Part shown: piece by piece, positions 1 through 13,041 of the stretch
How positions within the stretch are numbered: position 1 is the first letter of the stretch
Layout of the letters: every line of letters begins with the position of its first letter
Source of the DNA: Eledone cirrhosa
Taxonomy: Eukaryota
Length of the DNA: 64,000 bases
Direction of reading: 5' to 3'
NCBI GenBank assembly: GCA_964016885.1
Contig: OZ024741.1
Span: 329,282,001 to 329,346,000 of the forward strand
Notes under the pieces: generated by a model
The model's input: only the letters and a program-made list of their open reading frames with translations
Database searches by the model: none
Told to the model about the DNA's origin: nothing
Program-made: the position numbers and the translations under genes

Positions 1-478
1 TGGTACATATAGAATTATCCGAAATACGATGAAGGGTCACTATTAATTTATATATGGGTGAATGTAGGTTTGTATATATATATATATATATATATATAAA
101 CATACATACGTATATATATATACGCATGCACAGATTTTACACATATATACACATATATATATACTTATATATTTGTATCGTTATATATATGTGTGTGTAT
201 GGGGTCGTGTTTGTGTACTTCATCTCCACTAGTTATTTTTGTCTATATTAATCAAATATTTGGCAGACGATCTATCATTTTCACATAGAAAATATACATT
301 CGTCGATTATATATATATACTTCAATGTTTTACCATCTGCACTATGGTAGAGGACACGTTTCTAAGATTCCACGGAATTGAACGTGGGAGTTGAAGTCAG
401 CGAAGAGATATTGCTAAACCATTCAACCATGTCTAACATCATATTCACACGCTCGCACACAAATAGAAAATACATATA

Positions 479-692
479 CGAGGGTCAGCTGAAAGGTTCA
501 TAGGCTTAATAGTTTACAGACCGACCAACATACTCTTACGGAATTACCAAATAAGATTTATTTTTTAACACAGCCCATAAAAAGGAACAATGCAGTTATT
601 AATAAGGAGGGTTGAAATTAATGCATGCAAGAATTCATAACTCTAGCATCACTTCTTCATAGTCTGTCTATGAACGCTTCAGCTGACCCACG
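479..692. mobile_element. Tc1/mariner-type MITE
   Basis: TA-flanked TIRs cgagggtcagctgaaaggttcatagg / ctatgaacgcttcagctgacccacg; related copies at 2004 and 19738. Confidence 0.8.
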
Positions 693-1002
693 TACACATA
701 TATGCGCTAGCACTGACACACACATGCAAGCATGAATACATATACACTCACACAGAAACATAAGCAAAACACACACAGAGAGACGTAGTTACTCACGTCT
801 GCATACAAACTTTTACAAACATGCATACAGCCATGCCTGTTACCATATTTACATGCTCTTACACAAACAGAAAATTCACATACACACAAATGCGTGCGCA
901 CAGACACCGACACACACACTCACATACACACATGGACTTACACACAACTACACATAGAAACAAAAGTAAAACGCTCATGTGTATATGTCGTGTTGTGGTG
1001 AG

Positions 1003-1350
1003 GTGATGCAGCATGATCGAATGGTTAAGAGGTTTGATTCCCTATCATTAGGTCCCGTGTACGATCCCACTATGTGACATCTTGGGCAAGTGTCGTTTAC
1101 CGTATCCTCGGGTCTACACATAGCCTTTTGAGTGAAATCGGGTAGACGGTAACTGTTTAGAAGTCCGTCAGTTTCGAGTATGCCTGTAATTCAATGAGCT
1201 AACCTTGTCACAAAGTGTGTCACGCTGCTAAAATGTCACTGATAATTGTGGTGCTTGTGAAATGCTCAGCCACTTACACATGAATTTCATAACCAGGCTC
1301 TTCCCTTGATCGAACAACTTGATCACTCATCGTCGAAACCGACGGAAGAC
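1003..1350 (+). mobile_element. tRNA-derived SINE (family 2, degenerate)
   Basis: A/B-box-like head, cttgggcaag core, tail ending cgtcgaaaccgacggaag shared with copies near 20000, 60330, 60720 and 62600. Confidence 0.55.
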
Positions 1351-1968
1351 CATTATTTTCGCCGTTGTGATGTATGTTGTTTGCCCCAAAACTTTGACTC
1401 GTCAGACACATTCTGGCTATTATCACACTCACTCCTCTTCCAAAATATATTATCAGTTGGTGGCATTCTTCTTCTTCTTCTTCTTCTTCTTCTTCTTCTT
1501 CTTCTTCTTCTTCTTCTTCTTCTTCTTCTTCTTCTTCTTCTTCTCACCCCTCCCTCAACTTCTCCTTATTCTCCCTCTACTACTCCTATCCCACTTCTTT
1601 TTTTTCTTTTTCTTCTTCTCCCTCTCTTTCCTTATTTTTTTATTTTCTTATTCTTCTGCTTCTTTCTCTTCTCTTCCCTCCTCTTTTTCTACTTCTCCAT
1701 CTCTTCCCTCCTCTTTTTCTTCTCTCTCCACTTCTCATCTTCTTCGTCGTCGACTTCTTCTCTTTCTGCATCGTCTTTTCCCCCTCCCCCTCCTCCTGCT
1801 TGTCCTCTTTCTATGGCAAGAGAAAACATTCGAATTCATTTAAAACGGTATAAATATTCATTGTATTTTATGTTGAGTTTCAAGAAAATGTTTCCCTCTT
1901 CGCAGAAACGTATAACATATAAACATGTTTTAACGAATAAATATATATAACAACAACCATGTATGATA

Positions 1969-2003
<35 letters not shown>

Positions 2004-2004
<1 letters not shown>

Positions 2005-2327
2005 GTTGATCGGCTGGAAAGTTCATAGGCTGACTATGAAAGAATGATGTTGGAGCTTTGAAATCTTGTATTTCAACTTTTCTTATTAACTACATTTCTT
2101 CTTTCCAGGGACTAAGTTTAAAAATAAACCTCATTTGGTCCATGAGAGTATCTTGGTCAGTCTATGAAGGAGTGATGCAGGAGCTTTGAAATATTGCATG
2201 CATTAATTTTAACTCTTCTTATAAATAATTGCATCGTTTCTTTCCATGGACTATGTTGAAAAATAAACCTCACTTAATCATTCCATGAGTATCTTAATTA
2301 GCCTATGAACCTTTCAGCCGCCCCTCG
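2004..2327. mobile_element. Tc1/mariner-type MITE with internal ~115 bp duplication
   Basis: Same TIR family, TA flanks, duplicated ggagctttgaaat...aaaataaacctca unit. Confidence 0.75.
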
Positions 2328-2381
2328 TATATCTGCCTATAATTCTTTAAAATTTACTATCACGAAAGAACATACGTGAAG

Positions 2382-2630
2382 CCGCATGGCCTAATGGTTA
2401 CGATGCTTGACGTATGATCGCAATGGCATCGGTTCGATTCCTGCATTGTGTTCTTCAGCAAAGTATTTTACTTGGCGTTGCTACAGTTTACTCAGCTGAG
2501 AGTGAGTACAAGCAGTAGCTGAAGAGTTAATCCTGTGATAGACTGGCCTCCCATCCAGGGAGAGTCTCGTACTTTCAGTCGCTTACCGCCAAAAAAACTG
2601 GGGATAAACACGGGCCTGATGAGCCTTCGG
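2382..2630 (+). mobile_element. tRNA-derived SINE
   Basis: gcatggcctaatggtta (A box) ... ggttcgattcc (B box) followed by the core region. Confidence 0.6.
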
Positions 2631-2966
2631 CTTAAAACAAACATTTTAAAGGTGTATACGCATATTGCATACATTTAAACCAGAATCCCATACAGCATTG
2701 ATTTAAAACCACACACCTGTCACATACCCACTACATACCTGCTATATACCTGAAACAGCCACTCCAGTATGCGTGGCCCCCCTCTTCCGCCCTGATAGCT
2801 GTGAGTAGAGATGTGATCCAGGGAGGCCAAAAATGCCGGAAGTCTCCATTGCCACAGGCTGAACCACAAATCTATCGGAGAGCGACCGATACGTCAACAG
2901 TTTGCCCTCTTTGGCCTAACGACCATTACAACCGGTTATACAGGTTTCTGATTTATATATTATCTA

Positions 2967-3190
2967 TTCTTCTTCTTCTTCTTCTTCTTCTTCTTCTTCT
3001 TCTTCTTCTTCTTCTTCTTCTTCTTCTTCTTCTTCTTCTTCTACGTCGCCCACTTATTATTGGAAGAGTCGAGGGTAGTTTCCCGAAACACTTATTCCAG
3101 CGGGTCATGTCAGAAACCGCCGTATCCAATTAATCTAATTGGATCCCTAAGTGAGACCAGCCAAACTCATGAATATTGCTCGGGGTCTAC
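2967..3190 (-). mobile_element. RTE-like LINE 3' end with (GAA)n tail
   Basis: Reverse complement matches 35760-35885, which follows an RTE-like C-terminal peptide; ends in a trinucleotide tail. Confidence 0.55.
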
Positions 3191-3705
3191 ACTTGCTTAC
3201 TGATTAATTAATTAATTTATCTACTTTAGTACATTGTCTGTGAGTTCAAGGATTCTATGAAGAAGTCGGAAATATTTGAGTTGAAAGAACAAGTTCATAG
3301 TATAGCTAACGCGAAGCAATGTGATATATGTAATAAATTACTGACATGTTTCAAAATGCTGAAATGTTTTACTCAATATATTTCAGGGCTAATACCTTGT
3401 TTTCAAATGTTTTTGTTTCATTTGTCATCATTTACCCTTTATATATTTCTACTGCATTGTGCCTGTTTGTTAAGCTTATCAGTTATTTATAACAAATACA
3501 TAATTGTTTTAGAGCTGAATCAATATAGATCGAGGAACTGAAGTATTAGATTGTCGAAATTGACGGAAGACCCAATTGGTGTTTCATACATTGGTGTTTC
3601 ATACATCGCCTGCATGCATCTACGGGAAGTTGTGCGTGTGTTTGCACTTTTATACAGGGTTCAAAGGTGAGCGTGTTTAATTCCATGTAGGTGTGCATGC
3701 GTGTT

Positions 3706-3741
<36 letters not shown>

Positions 3742-3745
<4 letters not shown>

Positions 3746-3896
3746 AAAATGTTTGACCCCGACGGCAGAAATAGCCGTCGAAACGGCTTGAGCTCTGCCG
3801 TCGGGGTCAAACATTTTCCTATTACCCACTCTACTACTTAGGGTAGTAGAGTGGGTAATGGTCCATCTGGTTCCTTACCACACCTCCTTCGTTATA
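3742..3896 (+). mobile_element. Naiad pLTR fragment (variant B) with two internal inversions, in (TA)n
   Basis: Matches 51460-51591; inverted arm 3742-3768; perfect hairpin 3821-3859. Confidence 0.85.
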
Positions 3897-4202
3897 TATA
3901 TATACAAATATAAATTACCGAGAATCGCATTTCGGCTTTTGGAAATGAGCGAAAAACAACTTCCGAGATGTGTGGCAAGCGCTCCATAGAAACTAGTGAA
4001 CTAGACCAACAATGTACCTTAAAAGTCCAAACACACTGAGACGATGGTTAAACATTATCCGCAAAGCCATAGAAACGACCAAGCTATTCGGGTCAAACAA
4101 ATAATAAAATATGATTGAAAATTATACCCGGACCCTTGGAAACGGTGGTAAAATCCAATATGGGGTTTCTGCAACTCCTAAATCAGGTACTGTCTGCTTA
4201 AA

Positions 4203-4388
4203 CAAATAATTGTTTTTACGTTAGGCACAAGGCAAGTAATTACCCAGTGCATTACTGGTACTTTATTTTATCAACCCCCGTAAAGATGTAAGGCAAAGTT
4301 AACCTTGGCGGGATTTGAACTCAGAATGGCAAGGGCCGTAACTCTATACGTCAAAGCATGGCGTCCGACCCTCTACCAATACTGCTAA
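4203..4388 (-). mobile_element. tRNA-derived SINE (family 1)
   Basis: Matches consensus ggcagtatcggtagagggtc...gagttcaaatcccgccgagg...ggccttgtgccaaaagtagaaacaattat. Confidence 0.85.
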
Positions 4389-4649
4389 ACAAATAATGTT
4401 AAGCTTTTGGTATGATGATCGAACAAGGAAGTCACTTTTTGAACAGGCATTTAGTTCTATGCAAAGCTAAGGACTGACCGTTATCTGAACCCACGTGGGG
4501 GGTTAGAAGGGAGACAACCCATAGTCTTGGCGGATGAATTCAGTATGTGTGGTTATTGCAAAATTGCAAAATATCACGAAACGAATTAAGCTCTCAACAG
4601 AATAGTTTTTTTAAATTGACATATATTTAAAAATTAACACATATATCTT

Positions 4650-4706
<57 letters not shown>

Positions 4707-5034
4707 GCGTGTGTGTGTGTGTTGAATGTGTATGGTCTTATTGTTAATGCTTCTGATGTCTCGTCTTTATCTATATAGTTATAAAGATTGATATCTTGGG
4801 GAAACGTAGAGTTCGCTTCCCGCTTCCAGCAATAATTTCTCGTTGTCTCATGCAAACACCAACAAACACTCAGACGAGATAAATCACAAACACACATACA
4901 TATACATACACATATACACACACATATACACTCACATACTCACACACAGAGACTCATGTCTATGTATGTATATGTGAGTGTGTGTGTGTTTATGTGCATG
5001 CGTGTATGTATGTATATATATATATATATATGTG

Positions 5035-5079
<45 letters not shown>

Positions 5080-5100
5080 ATGTATATATATATATATATA

Positions 5101-5132
<32 letters not shown>

Positions 5133-5781
5133 ATATGTAAATATGTATGAGGGTGCTGTGTGTGTATGTAAGTGCGTGTATATGTATTCAGATTTTTTTT
5201 TGTTGTATTTTTCTGTTCTATATTTTTTCTATTCTAAAACAAAACAGACAAATATTTATCTGAATTATTCGAGATTAAACTTTCTATTGTACTATCTCGC
5301 TTTGGGGCTAATAAAAAAATATATCTCGCTTTACACACACACATACATATATACATACATGCACACATACATACATACAGAGACATACAAACACACATAT
5401 ACGCGCATGGATACATACATACGCACACTCACACATGCACATACACACAGTAAGAGACGCACGCGTGCTCAGATAGATGTATAGATGGATAGATGGATAG
5501 ATAGAGAGATAGATAGAGAGATAGATAGAGAGAGAGAAAGAGAGAGAGGGAGAGAAATTTATGTTTGTATAAATATATATATATGTGTGTGGATGCATAG
5601 ATATGTGTGAATATGTGTATCTATCATTTCTTCTTTTCAGCGTTAAACTAATATACTGTTGTAAGGTGTTGCTTCTTAGTGCATTCCGTTCATATTTTTA
5701 CGTATAGACATACACACTCACACACGCACACATACGCACATACGCACGAATATATTCTCTTACATACATACACATTATATA

Positions 5782-5836
<55 letters not shown>

Positions 5837-5837
<1 letters not shown>

Positions 5838-6040
5838 CGAAAGAATTGTGGTAAGGAACCATGGACCATAACGCACCAAAGTACTCAATACTTAGGGTAG
5901 TAGAGTGGGTAATAGGAACAAGTATGACCCCGACGGCATAGCTCAAGCCGTTTCGATGGCTATTTCTGGACTGAAATAGTCCAGAAATACCTGTCAAAAC
6001 GGCTTGAGCTCTGCCGTCGGGGTCATACTTGTTCCTATTA
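5837..6040. mobile_element. Naiad pLTR head-to-head insertion in (TA)n
   Basis: Minus arm 5837-5972 and plus arm ~5976-6040 of the same module. Confidence 0.85.
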
Positions 6041-6054
6041 TATATATATACAAA

Positions 6055-6245
6055 GGGCGGTGGATTGGCAGTATCGGTGGAGAGTCGGACGCCATGCTTT
6101 CCAGCATAGTTACGTCCCTTTACGATCTAAGTTCAAATCCTGCCGAGGTTGACTTTGCCTTTCATCCTTACGGGGGTCGATAAAATAGAGTACCAGTAAT
6201 GTACTGGGTAATTGCTGGCCTTGTGCCTAAAGAAGAAACAATTAT
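6055..6245 (+). mobile_element. tRNA-derived SINE (family 1)
   Basis: Full consensus match with A and B boxes. Confidence 0.85.
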
Positions 6246-6565
6246 ATAATATATATATATATTTACGCGCAGAGACAGGGATAGATGTCTTTCTTTATAA
6301 ACAAAAAATTACACATATACACACATGTGTATATATGTGTGTTTATATGTGTGTATGTATATGTTTGTGTTTATGTTTGTGTATGAGTATGTGTATATGT
6401 ATATATATATATGTAAATATGTACTCGTGTGTGTTTGTGTGTATATGAGTGTATATGCGTATGTTAGTGTGTTTGTGTTTGTGTATATATATATATGTGT
6501 GTGTGTGTGTGTATGTGTGTACATGTCTGTATATATATATATATGTGTGTATATGCTTGCGTATG

Positions 6566-6656
<91 letters not shown>

Positions 6657-6658
<2 letters not shown>

Positions 6659-7123
6659 CGAAGGAAATGTGGTAAGGAACCAGGTGGACCATAACGCACC
6701 AAAGTACTCAATACTTGAGGTAGTAGAGTGGGTAATAGGAACCAGTAAGACCCCGACAGCTGAGCTCAAGCCGTTTCGACGGCTAATTCTGGACTCAATT
6801 AGCCGTCCAGAATTAGCCGTCGAAACGGCTTGAGCGCTGCCGTCGGGGTCTTACTGGTTCCTATTACCCACTCTACTACCTCAAGTATTGAGTACTTTGG
6901 TGCGTTATGGTCCACCTGGTTCCTTACCACATTTCCTTCGTTATCTAGCTCCTACTCCCGTAGTAGAGCACTTTCTGACCCTACCACGCCGTATCCAGAC
7001 TTTTCCGCTAAGCTCAATTCATTTCACCCGCACCATGCGAAAACACAACATTGACTTCTCTACCAAGAACATCCCAATCCCACCGAAAAAACTTTACCTT
7101 CGGATGCTCACGCAAAAAATCGA

Positions 7124-7126
<3 letters not shown>
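6657..7126. mobile_element. Naiad pLTR inverted repeat with 3' extension into the ORF start
   Basis: Minus arm 6657-6795; plus arm 6807-7126 nearly identical to 51453-51774 (MRKHNIDFSTKNIPIP); (TA)n on both sides. Confidence 0.9.
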
Positions 7127-7220
<94 letters not shown>

Positions 7221-7390
7221 TACGCGTATATCTGTACGTGTATAAGTGTGTGTCTATATGTGTGTGATTGTGTTTTAAGTATGCGTTGAATTATTTTTAT
7301 CAGCAATATTTCATTTTAGTCTTTCAGAAAAAAAAACATTTATCAAACTAGAAGCAATAATGCTGCAATAATTCTAATAATTATTATTAT

Positions 7391-7575
7391 TGGCAGTATC
7401 GGTAGAGGGTCGGACGCCATGCTTTCCAGCATAGTTACGTCCCTTTCTATTCTGAGTTCAAATCCCGCCGAGGTTGACTTTGCCTTTCATCCTTACGAGG
7501 TCGATAAAATAAAGTACCAGTAATACACTGGGGGATATTTGCTGGCCTTGTGCCTAAAGTAGAAACAATTATTAT
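7391..7575 (+). mobile_element. tRNA-derived SINE (family 1) followed by (ATC)n-like low-complexity tract; further copy at 8075-8232
   Basis: Consensus match. Confidence 0.85.
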
Positions 7576-7851
7576 TATCATGAATATCATTCTCTTTAAT
7601 ATTATTCTTATCATCATCACTGTCATCAGCATTATTGCTATTATTACCATCATCCTTATGATAATCATCAGCATCAACATCATTAACACTATCAATAATA
7701 GCGTTAATGTTATCATTATCATCATTATCATCACTATCAACAACATCATCATGATCACCATCACCACTAATACCATAGTTATCATTATCACCATCATCAT
7801 TAGTTTCATCATCATCATTAACATCTTCATCGCCATTTTCATCAATAATAA

Positions 7852-7882
<31 letters not shown>

Positions 7883-9670
7883 ATCGTTATCACTGTGATC
7901 ATCATCACTATCATCAACACTATCGTTAGTATTGTCCTTATCGTCATCGCCGTCATCAACATCATCGTGATCATCATAATAATCACCATCACCATCACCA
8001 TCATTACCATCATTATCATCTTCACCATCGTCATCATCATCCTTTTCATCGTTGTCATTATCATTATCGTCCAGCATCGGTAGAGGGTCGGACGCCATGC
8101 TGTGTAGCCCCTTGACGATCTGTGTTCAAATCCCGCCGGAGTTAACTTTGTCTTTCACCGTGGTCGATAAAATAAAGTACCAGTAATACACTGGAGTAAT
8201 TACTGGCCTTGTGCCAAAAGTAGAAACAATTATTATCATCATTATCATCATCATCAACATTACCATTATGCTTATGTTCATCATCATAGAAATGATCATA
8301 CTCACTCATCATACTCACTCATCATACTCACTCATCATACTCACTCATCATACTCACTCATCATACTCACTCATCATCAACATCATCATCACTTTCATTA
8401 TTAACATCCCCATCATCATCATCCTCACTATCTCATCACCATTATAATCACTCTCGTCTTCATCATCGCATTCGCCATCGCCATCTTCATCATCATCATC
8501 ATCATCATCATCATAACCATGGCTATCGTCATCGTCATCATCATCATCATCATTATCGTCGTCGTCGGTGTTATCATCAACATCATCATCATTATCATTG
8601 CCATCATCTTTATTAATATAATGATTGAGCCTCGGTGTCAGTAACAATGATGTGCTCTCATTATTCAGTACGTAAATTACAAACCATTATCATTACTGTT
8701 ATCATTGATGTTGTTGTGGTTGTTGTTATTCAATAAAATATCACGAGAATGGGATAAAACTAATGGTGGTCTGTATCGGTAAAAACTAATTTGCTAAAAG
8801 TTCTAAACATGTTGGACCTGTTCGTTTGTTATTACTTAATTAATTTTAAAAAAATCTCTCTACGATAAAGTGTGTTTTGCTCGAAATATCAGCAATCATG
8901 CCCTTCCCATGATATGGTATTGAAACTTATTCAAATTTTTAAGCTTTACAAAATGATGTTTGCCGACACAGACATTGCCACTTCTGCATTAGATTGTATC
9001 ATTTGCTATTGCTATTCTTTTATTCTTTTATTCTTTTATTCTTTTATTATTGAATTGACGGTATCGGGAGAGCGTCGGACAACTTGATTTGCGGTATAGA
9101 GTTTTTGATTTCAAAACGAACTTCTTTATCTTCAGTCATGTTGCGGGACCTATATGGTCTACTGAGAGACTCTATATAAACGTTTAAGCCCAGGAGACAA
9201 TTAAACAACTATATATACGAATGGGCGTCTATATAAACGAGTGAAACCTTGAAAGTAGGGTCCCCTCTTTACACACACACACACACACACATAGACACAC
9301 ACACTTAGCAGGATCGCAATAAAATGACTAAATCAATAAACGAGTGTAAAGGAATATAATATGGAGAGGAGTCTTTTGTACATACACGTATAATACAATA
9401 CATCTGTGGCATCTAATTATATAGGGGCAAATGGCTGTGTCATTAGGACATCGAATGGAATGCTTTACAGTGTTCACTTCGGCTATCAGTGCACTAAGCT
9501 CAAATCCCGTTAAGATCAGCATTGCTTTCATCTTTTTGAGGTCAATAAATACAGTACCAATCTTGTGTTGGAGTCGATTTTTGTTCTATATTTCTTTGTT
9601 GTGTCTTCGCTCTTGCTCTCTCTCACCCACTCACTCTCTTTTCTCTCTCTCTCTCTCACCCACTCACTCT

Positions 9671-9753
<83 letters not shown>

Positions 9754-9794
9754 TTCTCTCGCCCTCTCTCTTTCCCTCCATCGTTCTCTGAAAG

Positions 9795-10742
9795 AATTCG
9801 GTTGTGTCCAGACCTGGAATTAGAAATGGTTTCTGACAGATCTTAAATACCTAAGGCACTCTGAATGTTACATCGGAATCCTTATAACTCCGTCAGGAGA
9901 TAAGGCCGTGGATAAATGGATATATTTAGAAACATCAGATGTTTTCAGACCCGAAAAATGGATAGACTCCGCCGTGTTTTAAAATGACAATAAGGCGACC
10001 CTACGTCTTCATCATGAGATAAGGGTTAATGGACAGATATATATATAGTGACATAAAATAACAAGGGCGATTGGTTACTCCTTCCTTACGTTTATTGGTT
10101 GGTGACGCGCGTTTCACCACTGATCAGCTCAAGGTTAGATCTGTATCGATGTGACTCGACTCTGTAATCCGCGGCTCGTCAGACCTCTTGTAATGGTAGT
10201 GGAAAAAATGGGTGAACCTACAGTAACTCCAAGTTACACTCCCTGGACATATATATATATAGAAACATTGGTTTTGTTCGGACCTGGGGAGGAAGAGGTT
10301 AAAACAAGTTTTTTAAATGACAATGCACACTGTTATGTTACAACAGAAAGCCCACGACACCATCGGGAGTTAAAGGTTCATGGATGGATATATTTAGAAA
10401 TATCAGATGTATTCAGAGCTGGAAAGGGATAGGCTCTGCCACATTATGAAATGATAGGATGGCGACCCTACGTTTCCATCAGGAGTTAAGTGTTTATGGA
10501 TGGATACATAGAAATATCGATTGTGATCAGACCTGGAGAGGGATAAGTTCCGTCATGTTATAAAATGTCAGGGTGGCGACCTTATGACTCCATCAGCAGT
10601 TAAGGAATCGTAGATGGATATATATAGAGAGAGAAACATCGTTTGTGTTCACTCCCGGAGAGGGATAGCTTCTGTCATGTTATGATATGTGTAGATAGCG
10701 ACCCTACATCTCCAATAGGCGTTAATGGTGCATCGATAGATA
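9795..10742 (+). repeat. Diverged tandem repeat, ~120 bp unit, ~6 units
   Basis: Recurring ggatatat..agaaacatc..ttcagacc.gga..ggata..ggcgaccctacg..catc..agttaa; interrupted at ~10045-10195. Confidence 0.75.
10101..10185 (-). ncRNA. Type I hammerhead ribozyme, minimal stem III, long loop II
   Basis: GGT CTGACGA GCCGC [~50 nt] GTGGT GAAA CGCGCG TC ACC; degenerate copy at 37182-37266 (+). Confidence 0.75.
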
Positions 10743-11089
10743 TATCTTTTTACACACATTTCTATGGGAGCTATCATTAATCTTCAGTTAAGGGAATGAA
10801 TTGAAGTGACAATGGGAGGTCGTTTTAGCAAATCACTTCTGATTAGAAAGCAGTTATTGAGCAAAACATCTACCATGAAGATAGATCGATTCCGGCTGAC
10901 TGGACATCCGCTCAACATCATTTATTATTAATGAACCAGTGATTCAGACAATGGTCACATTACATATATAAATTATTCTTGTGAAGATAAAGCAGCCCAC
11001 CTATTTGACATAACAACACAGGAACACACATAGAACCTATTTGTACGTATATACATCATAAACAATTACACATCCTCACACACACACGC

Positions 11090-11167
<78 letters not shown>

Positions 11168-11875
11168 GCACATATACACTCTTATACAGATAGATGTAGA
11201 TATATTTGTTTATATATATGTATATAGACTTATTATATATGTGTGTGTATATATATGTATATATATATGTATATATACATATATTATAAAGACCTACACA
11301 CACTCATTTATATATGATGGTGTGTGTATGTGTGTGCTTACTTGTGAATACATACATGTGCGTGTTTATAATGTATATATGTGATTATATTTTTATGTTT
11401 GTGTGGAGACAGAGAGAGACAGAGAGTGAGTGTGAGACATTTGTACATAACGAAATATTGGGGTCGATATAATTGCTATTAAAGTCGGTGCTCCAGTATG
11501 GTCACATACCAATGACGTAAACTCGATCGAAGAAGAAAATATACATATTCTTTTGTTCTTTTTCTTGGGTTCAGACGTTGAACGGTGGCCATGCAGAGTC
11601 ACAACTTACAATGGTTTTAGTCTATCATGCCATCAGCAGTTCTTATTTCAGTCTCGTATTTATTTTATCAATCTCTATTTATCAAACCACTATGTCACAA
11701 ACCATAGAAAAACACAACAGAGAAAGAGTTTTAGTCCGTTATAAAGATAAACACAGATATAGTACACACATATAATGAATTTGATAATACCACAGTCGTT
11801 CTCTGAAGAAGCTTAGCGAACTATCTTTGTAGAAACGTCATTGCTATGTTGTAAGAAAATGAATAAATAAACATG

Positions 11876-11979
<104 letters not shown>

Positions 11980-12280
11980 AATCTACCAAATAAACGGTAG
12001 TGTCCAATTCGTATGAAGAACTCAATGTAATCCAAATATAGAAGATATCATGAAAAGAGAAAATGCATTCAAAACGATAAAAATCATAGGAAAACAGAGT
12101 CAAGATAAATTAATAAAAACAATAAAATAAAAACAAAGAACAGGTTTCTTATATTGAAAAAATCCTCATTTTACGATCGTTTCTGGGATATATATATGTG
12201 TGTTGGTATGTATATCATGTTAAAGATCTATGTAAAAAAATATTATAAATTATCAGAGGATAATTTATATATATATATAT

Positions 12281-12664
12281 AACGAAGGAGGTGTGGTAAT
12301 GAACCAGATGGACCATAACGCACCAGAGTACTCAATACTTAGGGTAGTAGAGTGGGTAATAGGAAAATGTTTAACCCCAACGGCAGATCTCAAGCAGTTT
12401 CGGCGTCTATTTCTGGACTAAATTAGAATATTTAGCGTGATAATAAATAGCCGAACTTTTCAAGGGGTAATTCCTTATATGGAACGATTGTAGTTGTCAA
12501 AAGGATTGGTCAAAATTTCTTGTAAACATCATTCTCCACGCCAGGAAGACAGTCCTTCTTTTCGACAACTCCAAGTGGATAAAGAGAACTCCCGACAACC
12601 CCTTCTAATTTAGTCCAGAAATAGCCGTCGAAACGGCTTGAGCTCTGCCGTCGGGGTTAAACAT

Positions 12665-12668
<4 letters not shown>
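12281..12668. mobile_element. Naiad pLTR (variant B) head-to-head insertion in (TA)n
   Basis: Minus arm 12281-~12600, plus arm 12603-12668. Confidence 0.85.
12362..12474 (-). ncRNA. Variant-core (UUGAAAA) extended type I hammerhead, partly mutated
   Basis: GGAA tt ACCCC TTGAAAA gttcggctattt..aaatagacgcc GAAA ctgc..gccg TT GGGGT taaacatt TTCC. Confidence 0.65.
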
Positions 12669-12721
<53 letters not shown>

Positions 12722-12757
12722 TATTGAAGTTTGCTTGAAGCATTGTGGAATAATCTC

Positions 12758-13024
12758 CGGATAACAAGATCCGGTGGTGGAGAGAGAGAGATGTAAGTGG
12801 GTGTACGTTGAGATGCGTGGCGTGTATAAAACGTGTAGAGGAATGAAGGAAAGAGCGTAAAGGATAAAATTAAAAATAACAACACGAGAGAGAGTTACCT
12901 TGGGAGAGATTTAATTCTCCCTTTACGCTCTTTCCTTCATTCCTCTACACGTTTTATACACGCCACGCATCTCAACGTACACCCACTTACATCTCTCTCT
13001 CCACCACTGGATCTTGTTACCCGG
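12758..13024. repeat. ~105 bp near-perfect inverted repeat at the 5' junction of the Naiad element
   Basis: 12758-12863 is the reverse complement of 12919-13024. Confidence 0.85.
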
Positions 13025-13041
13025 AGATTTACCCATTTGCA

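Noticed and set aside
7447-8647. Asp-, Met- and Ile-rich long ORFs
   Set aside because: They are translations of degenerate (ATC)n microsatellite; the same applies to the YI, TH, poly-S, poly-E and poly-L ORFs throughout.
9795-10742. CRISPR-like array
   Set aside because: Whole units are homologous with no unique spacers, and the context is eukaryotic.
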